Virus record (IMG/VR): IMGVR_UViG_3300045988_104412
Reading direction: 5' to 3' (one strand)
DNA length: 64,000 nt
Source: a virus
In this document: positions 41,253-50,948 of the stretch, piece after piece
Layout of the letters: each line of letters begins with the position of its first letter
Position numbering within the stretch: position 1 is the stretch's first letter
Notes under the pieces: model-generated
What the model saw: only the letters and a program-made list of their open reading frames with translations
What the model was told of the DNA's origin: nothing
The model's database searches: none
Position numbers and translations under genes: made by a program

Positions 41253-42056
41253 TTATTCCGTGTCGTCCGTTGGCTCAGGATTCGTCAATTCGCTCATTTC
41301 GTTGTTTCCGCGTCCGAGCGCATCCTCTTCGTCCTTCTTTTCCATATACTCGAAGTAATCCGGCTCCTCCGGCTTTCCACTACTGAGCAGTTCATCATCC
41401 TCGATTTCCTGGAGGTCTTTTGTGGTAAGACCGTATTTTCGAGCCATGCGCTGCTTCTCCTCCTCGGTGTAGTTTACGTGGTCGCGCTTGACGATGCTTA
41501 CGTCCTGCGTGATGGCAACGCGACTCATGTCCGGCATCTCGTCTGTAGCGTCCTTCTCCTCCTGAAAGTTGCCATACACGTTAGCCAGGGCCTGCATACC
41601 TTTATCTACTGCACGATCGTTATTCTGCTGCTTACCCGTGCGTATCAACCACTCGGCACTGCTCAGATACATAGCCTTGTGTCGCGGACTCTCGTCGGTT
41701 TGGAAGAAACGTATCAGGTGGTTGCATACCAGCACATCGTTGTTGAGCTCCGTAACGGTACGCGGACAAATATTGCCCTCGTCGTCGAGCGTAATTTTCA
41801 GCGCAAGCACATACTCTTGTGCTTCCTTGTTGCCCTGCGCCGCCTGGTTGAAGAACATCTCATAGTCACGTCGGGCGATATTGCGGCACACCGTCCGAGG
41901 GTCGATGTCGCGGTTCTGCACCCATCGCTTGTAGAATTCCGAGCATACCTGCATACGGTAGCGTTGCTCCAGCTTCGGGAAAGCCGTTTCTATGCTTGTG
42001 CCGTAGCTCAGCCATTTGTCAATGCGGGAGAGCGTGTTTTGTGTAAGTCCTGACAT
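41253..42056 (-). CDS. hypothetical protein with acidic tail (first gene of minus-strand operon)
   Basis: 267-aa ORF with natural composition; the 308-aa + strand ORF opposite is L/V/R/H-rich antisense noise. Confidence 0.55.
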   Translation of the reverse strand: MSGLTQNTLSRIDKWLSYGTSIETAFPKLEQRYRMQVCSEFYKRWVQNRDIDPRTVCRNIARRDYEMFFNQAAQGNKEAQEYVLALKITLDDEGNICPRTVTELNNDVLVCNHLIRFFQTDESPRHKAMYLSSAEWLIRTGKQQNNDRAVDKGMQALANVYGNFQEEKDATDEMPDMSRVAITQDVSIVKRDHVNYTEEEKQRMARKYGLTTKDLQEIEDDELLSSGKPEEPDYFEYMEKKDEEDALGRGNNEMSELTNPEPTDDTE

Positions 42057-42113
42057 ATCATCATTAGTTTTTTTGTGTTTCTTGCCTTAAAGTTACGATG
42101 TTATTTTTCCCCC

Positions 42114-42154
42114 ATACGGACATACTTAATCTCCCGTACCCACCATGTCCGTAT
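42114..42154. promoter_or_regulatory. 10-bp inverted repeat ATACGGACAT / ATGTCCGTAT with 21-nt spacer in divergent control region
   Basis: Perfect arms at 42114-42123 and 42145-42154. Confidence 0.5.
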
Positions 42155-42172
42155 TGCGTAGCATCTTATAAG

Positions 42173-42180
42173 TAACTTTG
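42173..42180 (+). promoter_or_regulatory. -7 promoter box TAACTTTG
   Basis: Exact TAnnTTTG 47 nt upstream of ATG 42227. Confidence 0.55.
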
Positions 42181-42226
42181 TGGTAGAAAGATTCAGGACA
42201 ACAACACAAAAACACAACACAGAAAC

Positions 42227-42742
42227 ATGAACAATCCATTCTACTTTTCGCGAGCTATTGCCGCAGTGCTCGGCTTGCTGTGGGTTCACATAGAGCCCTC
42301 GATCAATTTTATCACCGTGTGCTTCTTCGCTCTCATTATCGACTGCTATACGGCTTGGCGGTGCAACCGTCGCATCTACCAAAGATACCGTGAGGAGATA
42401 AAGCGCAACCCGAAGTGTAAGATGGACGGCAAGCTGCGCTCAAAGAAGATGGTGAAGATGGTGTGGACTTTCTCGGTGCTCATCATGTGCATCTGTCTCG
42501 CCTCGTATCTCGACCGCAACATCCTGGGCTATATGAACACCCACCTTGCCAATCAACTCACCGCCATGTACTGCCTTGTGCAGTTCGTTTCTATTCTCGA
42601 AAACGAGAGTACATGCAACGGCGCGGCATGGGCGAGAGTGCTGCAGAAGATTGTCGCAGACAAAACCGAGCGCCACTTCAATGTGAAATTGAAAGAGCTG
42701 ATGAAGGATAAGGAGGAAGCGGAGGAATCAGCGAAAGAATGA
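42227..42742 (+). CDS. holin-like membrane protein (toxin-secretion/phage-lysis holin family pattern)
   Basis: Membrane helices, FALIIDCYTAW and LVQFVSILENESTCNG motifs resemble TcdE/LL-H type holins. Confidence 0.6.
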   Translation: MNNPFYFSRAIAAVLGLLWVHIEPSINFITVCFFALIIDCYTAWRCNRRIYQRYREEIKRNPKCKMDGKLRSKKMVKMVWTFSVLIMCICLASYLDRNILGYMNTHLANQLTAMYCLVQFVSILENESTCNGAAWARVLQKIVADKTERHFNVKLKELMKDKEEAEESAKE

Positions 42743-42764
42743 CAAAACAAAACTAAGCAGCATT

Positions 42765-43355
42765 ATGACAATAAGCAATATCCTTGAGCATTGGGCTTCC
42801 ATCTATAAGCCCCTATCTCATAACCCCGGAAGCGAACGTCTCGAAGATCAGAGTTTTTTCCGCATCCGCTACATTGACAAAGAAAACGTATTTTCTCGCA
42901 ATGCCAACATCGTGCACTCGCCATGTATGCTGTATAGTATACTCGCTACTGGCGAATTGATTAACGCAAAGGAGGCTGTAATATCTCACCAGGTGTGGTT
43001 TCTCGCCAAGGTGAAGGACACGCCTCAGACTCTTGGCCGTTACGACGGCAACAAAATGGAACGTACGGCCCAAGACCTTGCCGAATGCTGCAAAGACCTC
43101 ATAGCTTGGCTTATCGAGGTAAAGCGCACCGGCACCTGCCCTGTCACTGGTCGTTCCTTTGCTGATGATGCTGTGGTGATGGCAGAGCTTCGGAGCATAG
43201 ACACAAGCAGTATATCCTTCGGCTTGGTAGGCGACATTTTTTCCGGCCAATGGTTCGTAATGGGCCTTGATTGGAAGAGCCTCCAACCCCTCTACAAATT
43301 CCATTGTGGCATGCAGGGCAAGTATATCGTGCCGAAGGACAACACGAAAGGATAG
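42765..43355 (+). CDS. hypothetical protein
   Basis: 196-aa ORF upstream of tape-measure gene. Confidence 0.55.
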   Translation: MTISNILEHWASIYKPLSHNPGSERLEDQSFFRIRYIDKENVFSRNANIVHSPCMLYSILATGELINAKEAVISHQVWFLAKVKDTPQTLGRYDGNKMERTAQDLAECCKDLIAWLIEVKRTGTCPVTGRSFADDAVVMAELRSIDTSSISFGLVGDIFSGQWFVMGLDWKSLQPLYKFHCGMQGKYIVPKDNTKG

Positions 43356-43366
43356 GAGGGTAGGGT

Positions 43367-43927
43367 ATGGCACGTTTTATCTCCCCCGTACAAAAACCGT
43401 TTGCTCCGCTCTCCCGCGTCGCTCCGTTGTATCTCGACCAAGCCTTGATGGATATTGAGGCGAACATGCAAGTGCAGCGCATTTATCCCACTGAGGTGTA
43501 TCGAGGCTACGAGGAGATTAACCAATACCGCAAGGAGCATGGCATGTGGTGGTCCACTGGCGAGGGAACTAAGTCGTTTGAGGGACATATTTATCAAGCC
43601 GACGACCAGAAGGGATTGCTTACGGTGGGTATTCGCTACAACGACTATTTGCGCTATGTGGATATTGGTGTGGGTCTGACTGGTGACATTCATATTCATG
43701 CAAGCGACGTGGATCGCACACGGTCGGCAAAGAACGCCAAGAGGTATATCCGCGGAAAATGGGACCGTAAGCAGGGTAAGTCGCACCGTCCTGCCATCAT
43801 GCGTACCATTCGCCGACTGCGCGACCGCTACCGCAACTATCTTGCTGATTTCTACGGCTATCAGGGTGGCATCGACATTATTCATGCCTTGGAAGGAATG
43901 GGCGAACACGCTAAGTCTGATTTCTAA
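43367..43927 (+). CDS. hypothetical protein
   Basis: 186-aa ORF, basic C-terminal half. Confidence 0.55.
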   Translation: MARFISPVQKPFAPLSRVAPLYLDQALMDIEANMQVQRIYPTEVYRGYEEINQYRKEHGMWWSTGEGTKSFEGHIYQADDQKGLLTVGIRYNDYLRYVDIGVGLTGDIHIHASDVDRTRSAKNAKRYIRGKWDRKQGKSHRPAIMRTIRRLRDRYRNYLADFYGYQGGIDIIHALEGMGEHAKSDF

Positions 43928-43951
43928 CTTTAATTCAACACAAAAACGAAT

Positions 43952-46900
43952 ATGGCAAATCTAAAGACAGAAGTAATCCTCTCGATGAACGGCAAGGCCG
44001 CCATTCAGGTGCTCGAAGCTCTGCGCGACAAGGCCAGGTCTGTGAGAGAGGAAATAGATCATCTCGACAAGGACGCTCCCGACTTCAAGGAGCGTAAGGC
44101 TGGACTCGAAAGCGTTTACAAGACTTTACAGAACTACCAAACGAATATCATCAAGGACACTGAGCGTCTCGACCATGCGCTTAAAAACCTTTCTACCACC
44201 TCGCTTCAAAACTTACGCAAGGCTTTGGGCGATGGTCGTCGTCAACTGCAAAAGTTATCTGAGGACGACTTGGCGCAAGCCGAGGAGGTACGTAAGAAGA
44301 TGAAGCAGGTGGGCGATGAGATACGCCTTATAGAGGGTCAGTATGTCAAGATAGCTGAAGGATTGAAGAATGTCGCCAACCAGTCTGACCAATGGCTCGA
44401 CAAGGCTATCAAGCAGCAGCGCGACCTTGTGGGTTCGCTGCAAAAATCGGATGCCGGCTATCAGCAGAACCTCGCTACATTGAAGCAGCTTGAAGCCGAG
44501 GAAGACAGACGCAAGGGCAAGATGAACGTGGCAGAGGCACGTCAAACGGTAAGTGATGACAATGCCTCTGCTTCTGATTTGCGTCGTGCTAAAGCAACAC
44601 TTACGGAAGCTCGTGACAAGACAGCCATCGGCAAGACTGGAGAGATTGATTCTTACAACCGTGACCTTCAAGAGATAGAGAGGCGATTGGAGGCTGTGTC
44701 GGGCAAGACTCAGAAAGCATCAATGAGTTGGAAACAGATGAAGCGAGTGTTGGCTGAACCCAACAAGGCTTCGGGCGAAGACATCAAACGTACGATGGAG
44801 GTGATACAGCAGAAGATACAGCAACTCCCTGCCGGCAGCAAGTATGTAGCCGACCTCCGTCGCCAATACTCCATGCTCGAACAAACTCTTAAGGGCACAC
44901 GTATGTCGCAGAGTGCTCTCAACGACATCCTCTCGCGTAGCAAGCAGGGTAAGGCTTCCCTCGACGAACTGCGCCGTGCCTACAAGCAGCTTGAGGAGGA
45001 AATGAACCAAGTCAACACCACGAGCAAGGAGTTTGCCGACAAGCAGAAGTCGATGAAAGAACTGAAGAAGAATATCGACGAGGTGACGGGCGCGACCAAT
45101 AAGCAGGGTGGGGCATGGCATACGGCGTTGAAGAACCTCACGGCATACGTCGGATTGTTTTCCGTATTCAATCATATAAAAGACCTTGTGACGGGTGCCA
45201 TTAAGAAGAACTTTGAATATTCGGGTTCGTTGACCGACATCCGCAAGGTTTCTGGCTTGACAATGGAACAGGTAAAACAACTCTCTACTGAGTTGGCTAA
45301 AATTGACACCAGAACTTCTGTGGATGGACTGGCACAGCTCGCGTATCAGGGCGCGAAGCTCGGCATGGGCAAGTATGGTGTTGAAGGTATGGCCCAGTTC
45401 GTAAGAGCCGCGGATCAAATCAATGTAGCCATTGGTGAGGAGATGGGCGAGGAAGCTCTTCCGGCACTTTCTAAGATGGTGGAAGTTATGGGACTTATTC
45501 CAAAAATGGGTATCGAGAAGGCAATGGAGGCTACAGGCTCTGCCATGTTTAAGTTGTCTTCTACGAGCACATCTACTTCCAACGACATCGTGGAATTTTC
45601 AAAGCGACTGACGGGTGTTGCTCGTACCGCGGGTATCACCACCGACCAGTTGCTTGCCCTCGGTTCGGCAAGTTCTTCGATGATGCTTATGCCGGAGGTG
45701 GCTTCTACCGCTATGGGTAAGTTTATAGTAGCTTTGCAGAAAAACCACAACCTTATTGCAAAGGAACTTGGCATACCCGATGAGACCATTAAGAACCTCT
45801 ATGCGTCGGGTCACGCTATGGATGCCATCGTGCTTGTACTTGAGAAGATGCGCGACAAGGGTAATATGAACACCTTGGGTGGCATTTTCAAAGACCTCGG
45901 CTCCGACGGTCAGCGACTCGTTACCGCTATGGTTACGATGTCGAAGAACGTGGATATTCTGAAGGATCATCTCTACGAGTCGGAAGAGGCGTTCCGTGAA
46001 GCCACTGCTGTAGGCAAGGAATACTCGATGCAGCAGCTGTCGGCCATCGGTATTCTCGAAAGAGCCAATAACCTTTGGGAAAAGGCGTTTGTCAATCCTG
46101 ATGGTGTGGACGCTGTAAAGGGCATGGCAGAATGGTGGTATGAAATGTCGGCAACGATGACAAACAGCCCGTTGTTGAAAGGTACGTTGCAGATTGCTTT
46201 ACAGATGGTACTTATAACATTGAAAGCCGTAGCGACCCTTTTGCCGGTAATCATTGGATATATGGCTTCACAGGGTCTTTATTCTGGATTGAGACTTCTG
46301 TGGCAATACTTGACAGCACTGGGTGTAGCGGTAAAGAGTATGTTTCAATATGCAAGAGCTCTCTTCACGGCCAATGCAGCGCAAAGCACGTTGAACAAGA
46401 CTACGAAACTAAACCCTTGGATAGCTTTCGCGAGTGTTATTATCGGCGTGGCAGGAGCTATATATGGATATACACAACGTGCAAGGGAAGCTGCTGAAGC
46501 TGCGAAAGAAGCTGAGAGACAGGCAAACGCATGGAAGTCCACCCTCGGTCAGGCAGCGATAGAAACGGAAAACTTGAAGGATAAGCTCAAGAACTATAAG
46601 CGAATGTTGAGCGAGGCAAACCTTTCACAAAAGGACCGTCAAGGTCTTATCTCAAGATTTAACAGAGATTTCCGCTCGTACATCAATAATCTCGGCATTG
46701 AGATAAAGAACGTCAAGGATTTGCGCGACCATTATGCAGATTTGGCGCAGGAGGCCGAAAGAGCTACCTATTATCGTATGCGTGAGCAAGCAAAGCAGCA
46801 GGCTTTGCCTAAGCTGGACAATGACGTAAACACTGCTTCCAATGCAGTTATGGAGAATATAACGAAGTTGGGATTAGACAAACTCGGTGTGAAGTTTAAG

Positions 46901-49900
46901 GATATATACCGGTGGGTGAAAGCAGGAATGAGTGCCAAAGACATCACTCTGAAACTGGCAAAAATGTTACCGAGGGAAAAGACAGGATTGGCTGATGGAT
47001 TTAACTGGAAGATAGGCAAGCAGGGTTACATCTACCGTGATACCTATGATAAAGACCATAAAGCTACCCCCGCTACTGATTTTCAAACTCAGACTGAACT
47101 CGCCGATATGTATCGCGACAACCTCTGGTTTGTCAATGCTTACAAAAGGAAGGGAAAGAAATTAAAGCAGATTAACAAGGCTTTTAGCAACTGGGTGGAT
47201 GAAAACTATCAACCAACTCCTCCTGAGACACCAGGAACTCTTGACAACAATGCTAAGGATAAAGACGCAATAGCAGAAGAGAAGCGAAGAGAGAACGACC
47301 AGAAGCGTGCTTGGCGTGAGGAACTGAAGCAGAAGCAGGATCAGGCGAAGGCCATCATGGATGACGTGAGCAACTACTACGACCGTCAGATTAACGCTAA
47401 GTTGGCTCAAGCCATATCTCTCAATATGGACAAGACCGAGCAGGAGCAGTTTGTTCTTCCTTTGAGGCAAAACAAAGAAATAGCTCGTTCGCAGGTGCGT
47501 CTTGCTGTTGCAGGTAAACCGAATAAGTGGGAGGATGCGAAGAAGATGATGGCTGCTGATATGGTGGAGCAAAAGGACGAGACGGGCATAAACCTTTCAA
47601 AAGATTTGCTTGACGGTATATTGAACAACAACATCGACAATCTACGCAAACTCATGGAGCAGTTGGGTAAAAATCTCGGTTTGTCCATGAACTCCATCAC
47701 GGCAGAGATTTTTGCAAAAGCCACTCGTAGCGAGCAGGAAATTCTGAAAATGGAGCTCAAGCAGATGGAGGCTCGCCGTAAGATTGTTATGGAGCATGAC
47801 TACACGGGTATTGTTCAGCAGAACTCGTATGACAACTTCAACGAAATGGGTTATGCCGCGCCTACGAAGGAAGAGACTACCGTCACAAAGAAAATGGTTG
47901 ACGGAAAGGAGGTTCTTGATACGTCTGCTTTTGATAAGCGCAGAAAAGCTATCAAGGATATGTACGAGACAGCTCGCAAGGAACTCGCCCAGCTATATGC
48001 CATTGATGTATCAACAACGGATGGTAAGGGAGTGTTGATGAAGATACTCTTTGGCGACGATCCCGACGGTATGGCTGCTCGAATAAAAGCATCATTGGGC
48101 GAAAGCGAGGAAAGCTGGAAGTCGTTTTACTTGAATCTTATCCAGTACTCTGATAATTATGCGGAAGCTGAAAAGAAAAAGTACGACTCGGCAAAGAAAA
48201 TCGTTGATTTCTGGTGGTCATCCAATAAGCGCAATCTTGCCCAGCAGGACAAATTGCGCAAGATGCAAAACGAGAGTAACCTTTTCGGTAAACGTACAAA
48301 CCTTCTCTCTAATCTCGGTCTCGCCAACCTCACAGCCGACCCTGAGATAGAACTAATGAAGGCGCGTATGCAAGCTGCTGAAGACTATTACGCCTTTGTA
48401 GAACGTAACACGAAGAACAAGCAGCTTATTGACGAAGCCGAACGTGCTCGCCAGGAAGCAGAACTTGCCTATGCCAATCAGATGGCAACAGCTATGAAGT
48501 CGCGCCTCTCGCAGATGAAGGAACTCGTGCAGCCTATCGAGGACTTCGGCGCAGCCGTAGGACAGGCTCTTGCCGAAATGCGCTATGATGCCGAGAGTGC
48601 AAATGACGCTATAAAGTCTGCTCTCAAGTCTATGCTTGAATCCTGGGCGAAGATGGCTCTTAATGATGTCAACACGCAGATGTGGAAAGCAATCAACGAT
48701 GCAGGTGCCAAGCGAGGTAAGAAGAAAGCACAACCCGACATCGACGCAGCGCGTGCCAATGCAAAAGCGAATTATACCGATCTAAACGGCATTGATTGGC
48801 GTAACTTTGGTACGGAGTCAAATCCTTTGTGGGTGCGCTGGGCGGGCGACCATTACGAAAACAAATCTGGCGATGCTGTTTATACAAAAGAGGATGGTAC
48901 GCCTTTGCCTAATCCGAATGGCAGCGTTCCCCAATCTAACGAACCTCCATCAGCGTGGAAGAAACGCCACCCGGACGGAACTATTGACGACTACAACAAG
49001 GAAGTTAAGAGTCTTGGTGGTCAGGTGGGTACGTCGATGGTTGGGCAGACAGGCGCTTCTGTAGCTGGTGCAGTTACAGGCAGCAGTAGTTTTGGCGACG
49101 CTGCTACTGGCATTGCTATGAGTGGTGCGGATGCTCTTCTTAACGCTCAGATTAAAAAAACTTCAAAGAGTGAGAAGGAGAGGGAGAAGCAGCTCAAGAA
49201 GGAGAAGAAACATCAAAAAGACCTTACCAAGGAAACGAAAAAAGGTCTCTCTGATCGTGAAAAGGCTACCGGTAAGGGAGTCAAGAACATAACTTCTACG
49301 ACGGAACAAGGTAATAAAGAGCAAAGCAAAGGTACTGTTGTAGCACAGCAGACAATCACGAACGCTACCGAGGCGGGCCTTAACGCAACTCTTACTGCCA
49401 AGCAGAAGAACAATGACGAAACTCTAAAGTCGGATGCGAATCGCACCCAAGGCGAGGTTACGTTCTCTATTGCTGGTGCAATGGCTAAGTGCTTTGAGTT
49501 CTTAGGTCCGATTGCTGGTCCGATTGCCGCTGCCGTAGTTATGTCTACCCTTATGGGACTTCTTCAGTGGGCTTTAAATTCAGCTCTTGGTGGAGGAAAG
49601 AAGAAAAACTCAACCAAGGGTCCTAATACTAAGGTTGTATCTGGTATGCTTACCTATGACTCCGGCAACGTACAAGATCTCCGTCCGTTTGTCGGTAACG
49701 ATGGTAGCCTTTACTGGGCGGCAGAGGACAGCAATCCTCACAATGGCGTATCACTCCTTACACGGCCTACGGCGACCTCTATCAACGGACATCCGTCGCT
49801 GGTGGCCGAGAAAGGTCCAGAACTTGTAATCGGACGCGAGACTACGCAAGCCATGATGATGAACAATCCACAACTGCTGAAAGCTCTCGTCAATTATGAC

Positions 49901-50152
49901 CGCAACTATTCCGGTCGCCACGCCTACGACACTGGCAATATCTCCGAGACAAGCCCCACGATCGCCGCAGAGTCTTCCATAAGCGACGAAATGGTGTCTA
50001 ACCAAGCCACTACCAATATCGCCCTCCTGCAAGCCGTAAACACGCTCCTGCAACGTCTGGAGCAACCTATCGAGGCAAAGATAGATATGTATGGCCGTGG
50101 CAAGCTCTACGACAGCATGACAAAAGCTAATCAGTTTATGAAGAACAAATAG
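43952..50152 (+). CDS. tail tape-measure protein
   Basis: 2066 aa; long coiled coils; TP901-type core (GSLTDIRKVSGLTMEQVKQLS...DGLAQLAYQGAKLGMG...AADQINVAIGEEMGEEALPALSKM); internal hydrophobic helices; stops at TAG before a nested hairpin. Confidence 0.85.
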   Translation: MANLKTEVILSMNGKAAIQVLEALRDKARSVREEIDHLDKDAPDFKERKAGLESVYKTLQNYQTNIIKDTERLDHALKNLSTTSLQNLRKALGDGRRQLQKLSEDDLAQAEEVRKKMKQVGDEIRLIEGQYVKIAEGLKNVANQSDQWLDKAIKQQRDLVGSLQKSDAGYQQNLATLKQLEAEEDRRKGKMNVAEARQTVSDDNASASDLRRAKATLTEARDKTAIGKTGEIDSYNRDLQEIERRLEAVSGKTQKASMSWKQMKRVLAEPNKASGEDIKRTMEVIQQKIQQLPAGSKYVADLRRQYSMLEQTLKGTRMSQSALNDILSRSKQGKASLDELRRAYKQLEEEMNQVNTTSKEFADKQKSMKELKKNIDEVTGATNKQGGAWHTALKNLTAYVGLFSVFNHIKDLVTGAIKKNFEYSGSLTDIRKVSGLTMEQVKQLSTELAKIDTRTSVDGLAQLAYQGAKLGMGKYGVEGMAQFVRAADQINVAIGEEMGEEALPALSKMVEVMGLIPKMGIEKAMEATGSAMFKLSSTSTSTSNDIVEFSKRLTGVARTAGITTDQLLALGSASSSMMLMPEVASTAMGKFIVALQKNHNLIAKELGIPDETIKNLYASGHAMDAIVLVLEKMRDKGNMNTLGGIFKDLGSDGQRLVTAMVTMSKNVDILKDHLYESEEAFREATAVGKEYSMQQLSAIGILERANNLWEKAFVNPDGVDAVKGMAEWWYEMSATMTNSPLLKGTLQIALQMVLITLKAVATLLPVIIGYMASQGLYSGLRLLWQYLTALGVAVKSMFQYARALFTANAAQSTLNKTTKLNPWIAFASVIIGVAGAIYGYTQRAREAAEAAKEAERQANAWKSTLGQAAIETENLKDKLKNYKRMLSEANLSQKDRQGLISRFNRDFRSYINNLGIEIKNVKDLRDHYADLAQEAERATYYRMREQAKQQALPKLDNDVNTASNAVMENITKLGLDKLGVKFKDIYRWVKAGMSAKDITLKLAKMLPREKTGLADGFNWKIGKQGYIYRDTYDKDHKATPATDFQTQTELADMYRDNLWFVNAYKRKGKKLKQINKAFSNWVDENYQPTPPETPGTLDNNAKDKDAIAEEKRRENDQKRAWREELKQKQDQAKAIMDDVSNYYDRQINAKLAQAISLNMDKTEQEQFVLPLRQNKEIARSQVRLAVAGKPNKWEDAKKMMAADMVEQKDETGINLSKDLLDGILNNNIDNLRKLMEQLGKNLGLSMNSITAEIFAKATRSEQEILKMELKQMEARRKIVMEHDYTGIVQQNSYDNFNEMGYAAPTKEETTVTKKMVDGKEVLDTSAFDKRRKAIKDMYETARKELAQLYAIDVSTTDGKGVLMKILFGDDPDGMAARIKASLGESEESWKSFYLNLIQYSDNYAEAEKKKYDSAKKIVDFWWSSNKRNLAQQDKLRKMQNESNLFGKRTNLLSNLGLANLTADPEIELMKARMQAAEDYYAFVERNTKNKQLIDEAERARQEAELAYANQMATAMKSRLSQMKELVQPIEDFGAAVGQALAEMRYDAESANDAIKSALKSMLESWAKMALNDVNTQMWKAINDAGAKRGKKKAQPDIDAARANAKANYTDLNGIDWRNFGTESNPLWVRWAGDHYENKSGDAVYTKEDGTPLPNPNGSVPQSNEPPSAWKKRHPDGTIDDYNKEVKSLGGQVGTSMVGQTGASVAGAVTGSSSFGDAATGIAMSGADALLNAQIKKTSKSEKEREKQLKKEKKHQKDLTKETKKGLSDREKATGKGVKNITSTTEQGNKEQSKGTVVAQQTITNATEAGLNATLTAKQKNNDETLKSDANRTQGEVTFSIAGAMAKCFEFLGPIAGPIAAAVVMSTLMGLLQWALNSALGGGKKKNSTKGPNTKVVSGMLTYDSGNVQDLRPFVGNDGSLYWAAEDSNPHNGVSLLTRPTATSINGHPSLVAEKGPELVIGRETTQAMMMNNPQLLKALVNYDRNYSGRHAYDTGNISETSPTIAAESSISDEMVSNQATTNIALLQAVNTLLQRLEQPIEAKIDMYGRGKLYDSMTKANQFMKNK

Positions 50153-50311
50153 CCTTCCGTAAGCTGCAAAGCATTTGTCTTGCGCTACTTTTCGCAATTA
50201 GTGAAGCATTTATCAGGTCGTCGCGCCGTTAGGCGAGGCGACCTTTTCGTTTGCGCTTCACTCGCTTTTCTTCCGTTTTCTCACTTATTCAAGAATAAAA
50301 CTTCTGCCCCC

Positions 50312-50845
50312 AAAGTCCAAAACTATATACTCTTATAACTCCTTAATAATCATGGATATTACATATAATCTACTCGTTAAAAGTCCAAAAATCTACTCAA
50401 TAACGCTACTACTATATATAAATTTCGCCAATTTTCTTTCTCTCCCATTTTCAAAACTCCCCAACCTTAACAATATAGTTAGTAGCATTAACGCCTATGG
50501 CGTAAATAATTGACATTTAATAAATTATAGGAGATGGGGAAAGGCAAATAAGCGCTGAAAACGCTATAAAAAGTCATATTTCTACTATTTTTATATATTT
50601 TTTTTGTTCTTTGCGCTCGTATAGATATATAAAAAATCCCCTATTTTTAAACTTTTAATAGATAAGTAACGGAAAATCAGAAAGTTAAATCACTTTTTGA
50701 AAAATTCATTGGGTAGTCACGAGGTGGATTCTGAGTGGACAGTGGAGGTGTTTTTCAAAATCATGGACTTTTCATTTTTCGGCATTTCTTTGAAAAATGA
50801 ACTCTAAAACTAAAAACTGGACTTTTGAAGGCTTAAAAGTCTAAA
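50312..50845. repeat. dispersed AAAGTCCA boxes in a 0.8-kb non-coding region
   Basis: AAAGTCCAAAA at 50312-50322 and 50380-50390; inverted TGGACTTTT at 50764-50772 and 50818-50826; variant AAAGTCTAAA at 50836-50845. Confidence 0.8.
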
Positions 50846-50878
50846 CATAACTAACATAAGAAAAAAATAGCCGAACTA

Positions 50879-50913
50879 TTGTTTATTTCAGTTTTAATTA
50901 TTAAATTTGCAAC
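50879..50913 (+). promoter_or_regulatory. conserved promoter cassette, copy 3
   Basis: TTGTTTATTTCAGTTTTAATTATTAAATTTGCAAC; TAAATTTG at 50902-50909. Confidence 0.65.
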
Positions 50914-50948
50914 TGATATAGTAACCCAGTTATTTCTACTTATAAAAT

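Noticed and set aside
41127-42053. 308-aa plus-strand ORF
   Set aside because: It has L/V/R/H-rich antisense-type composition. The opposite 267-aa minus-strand ORF has natural composition and fits the operon.
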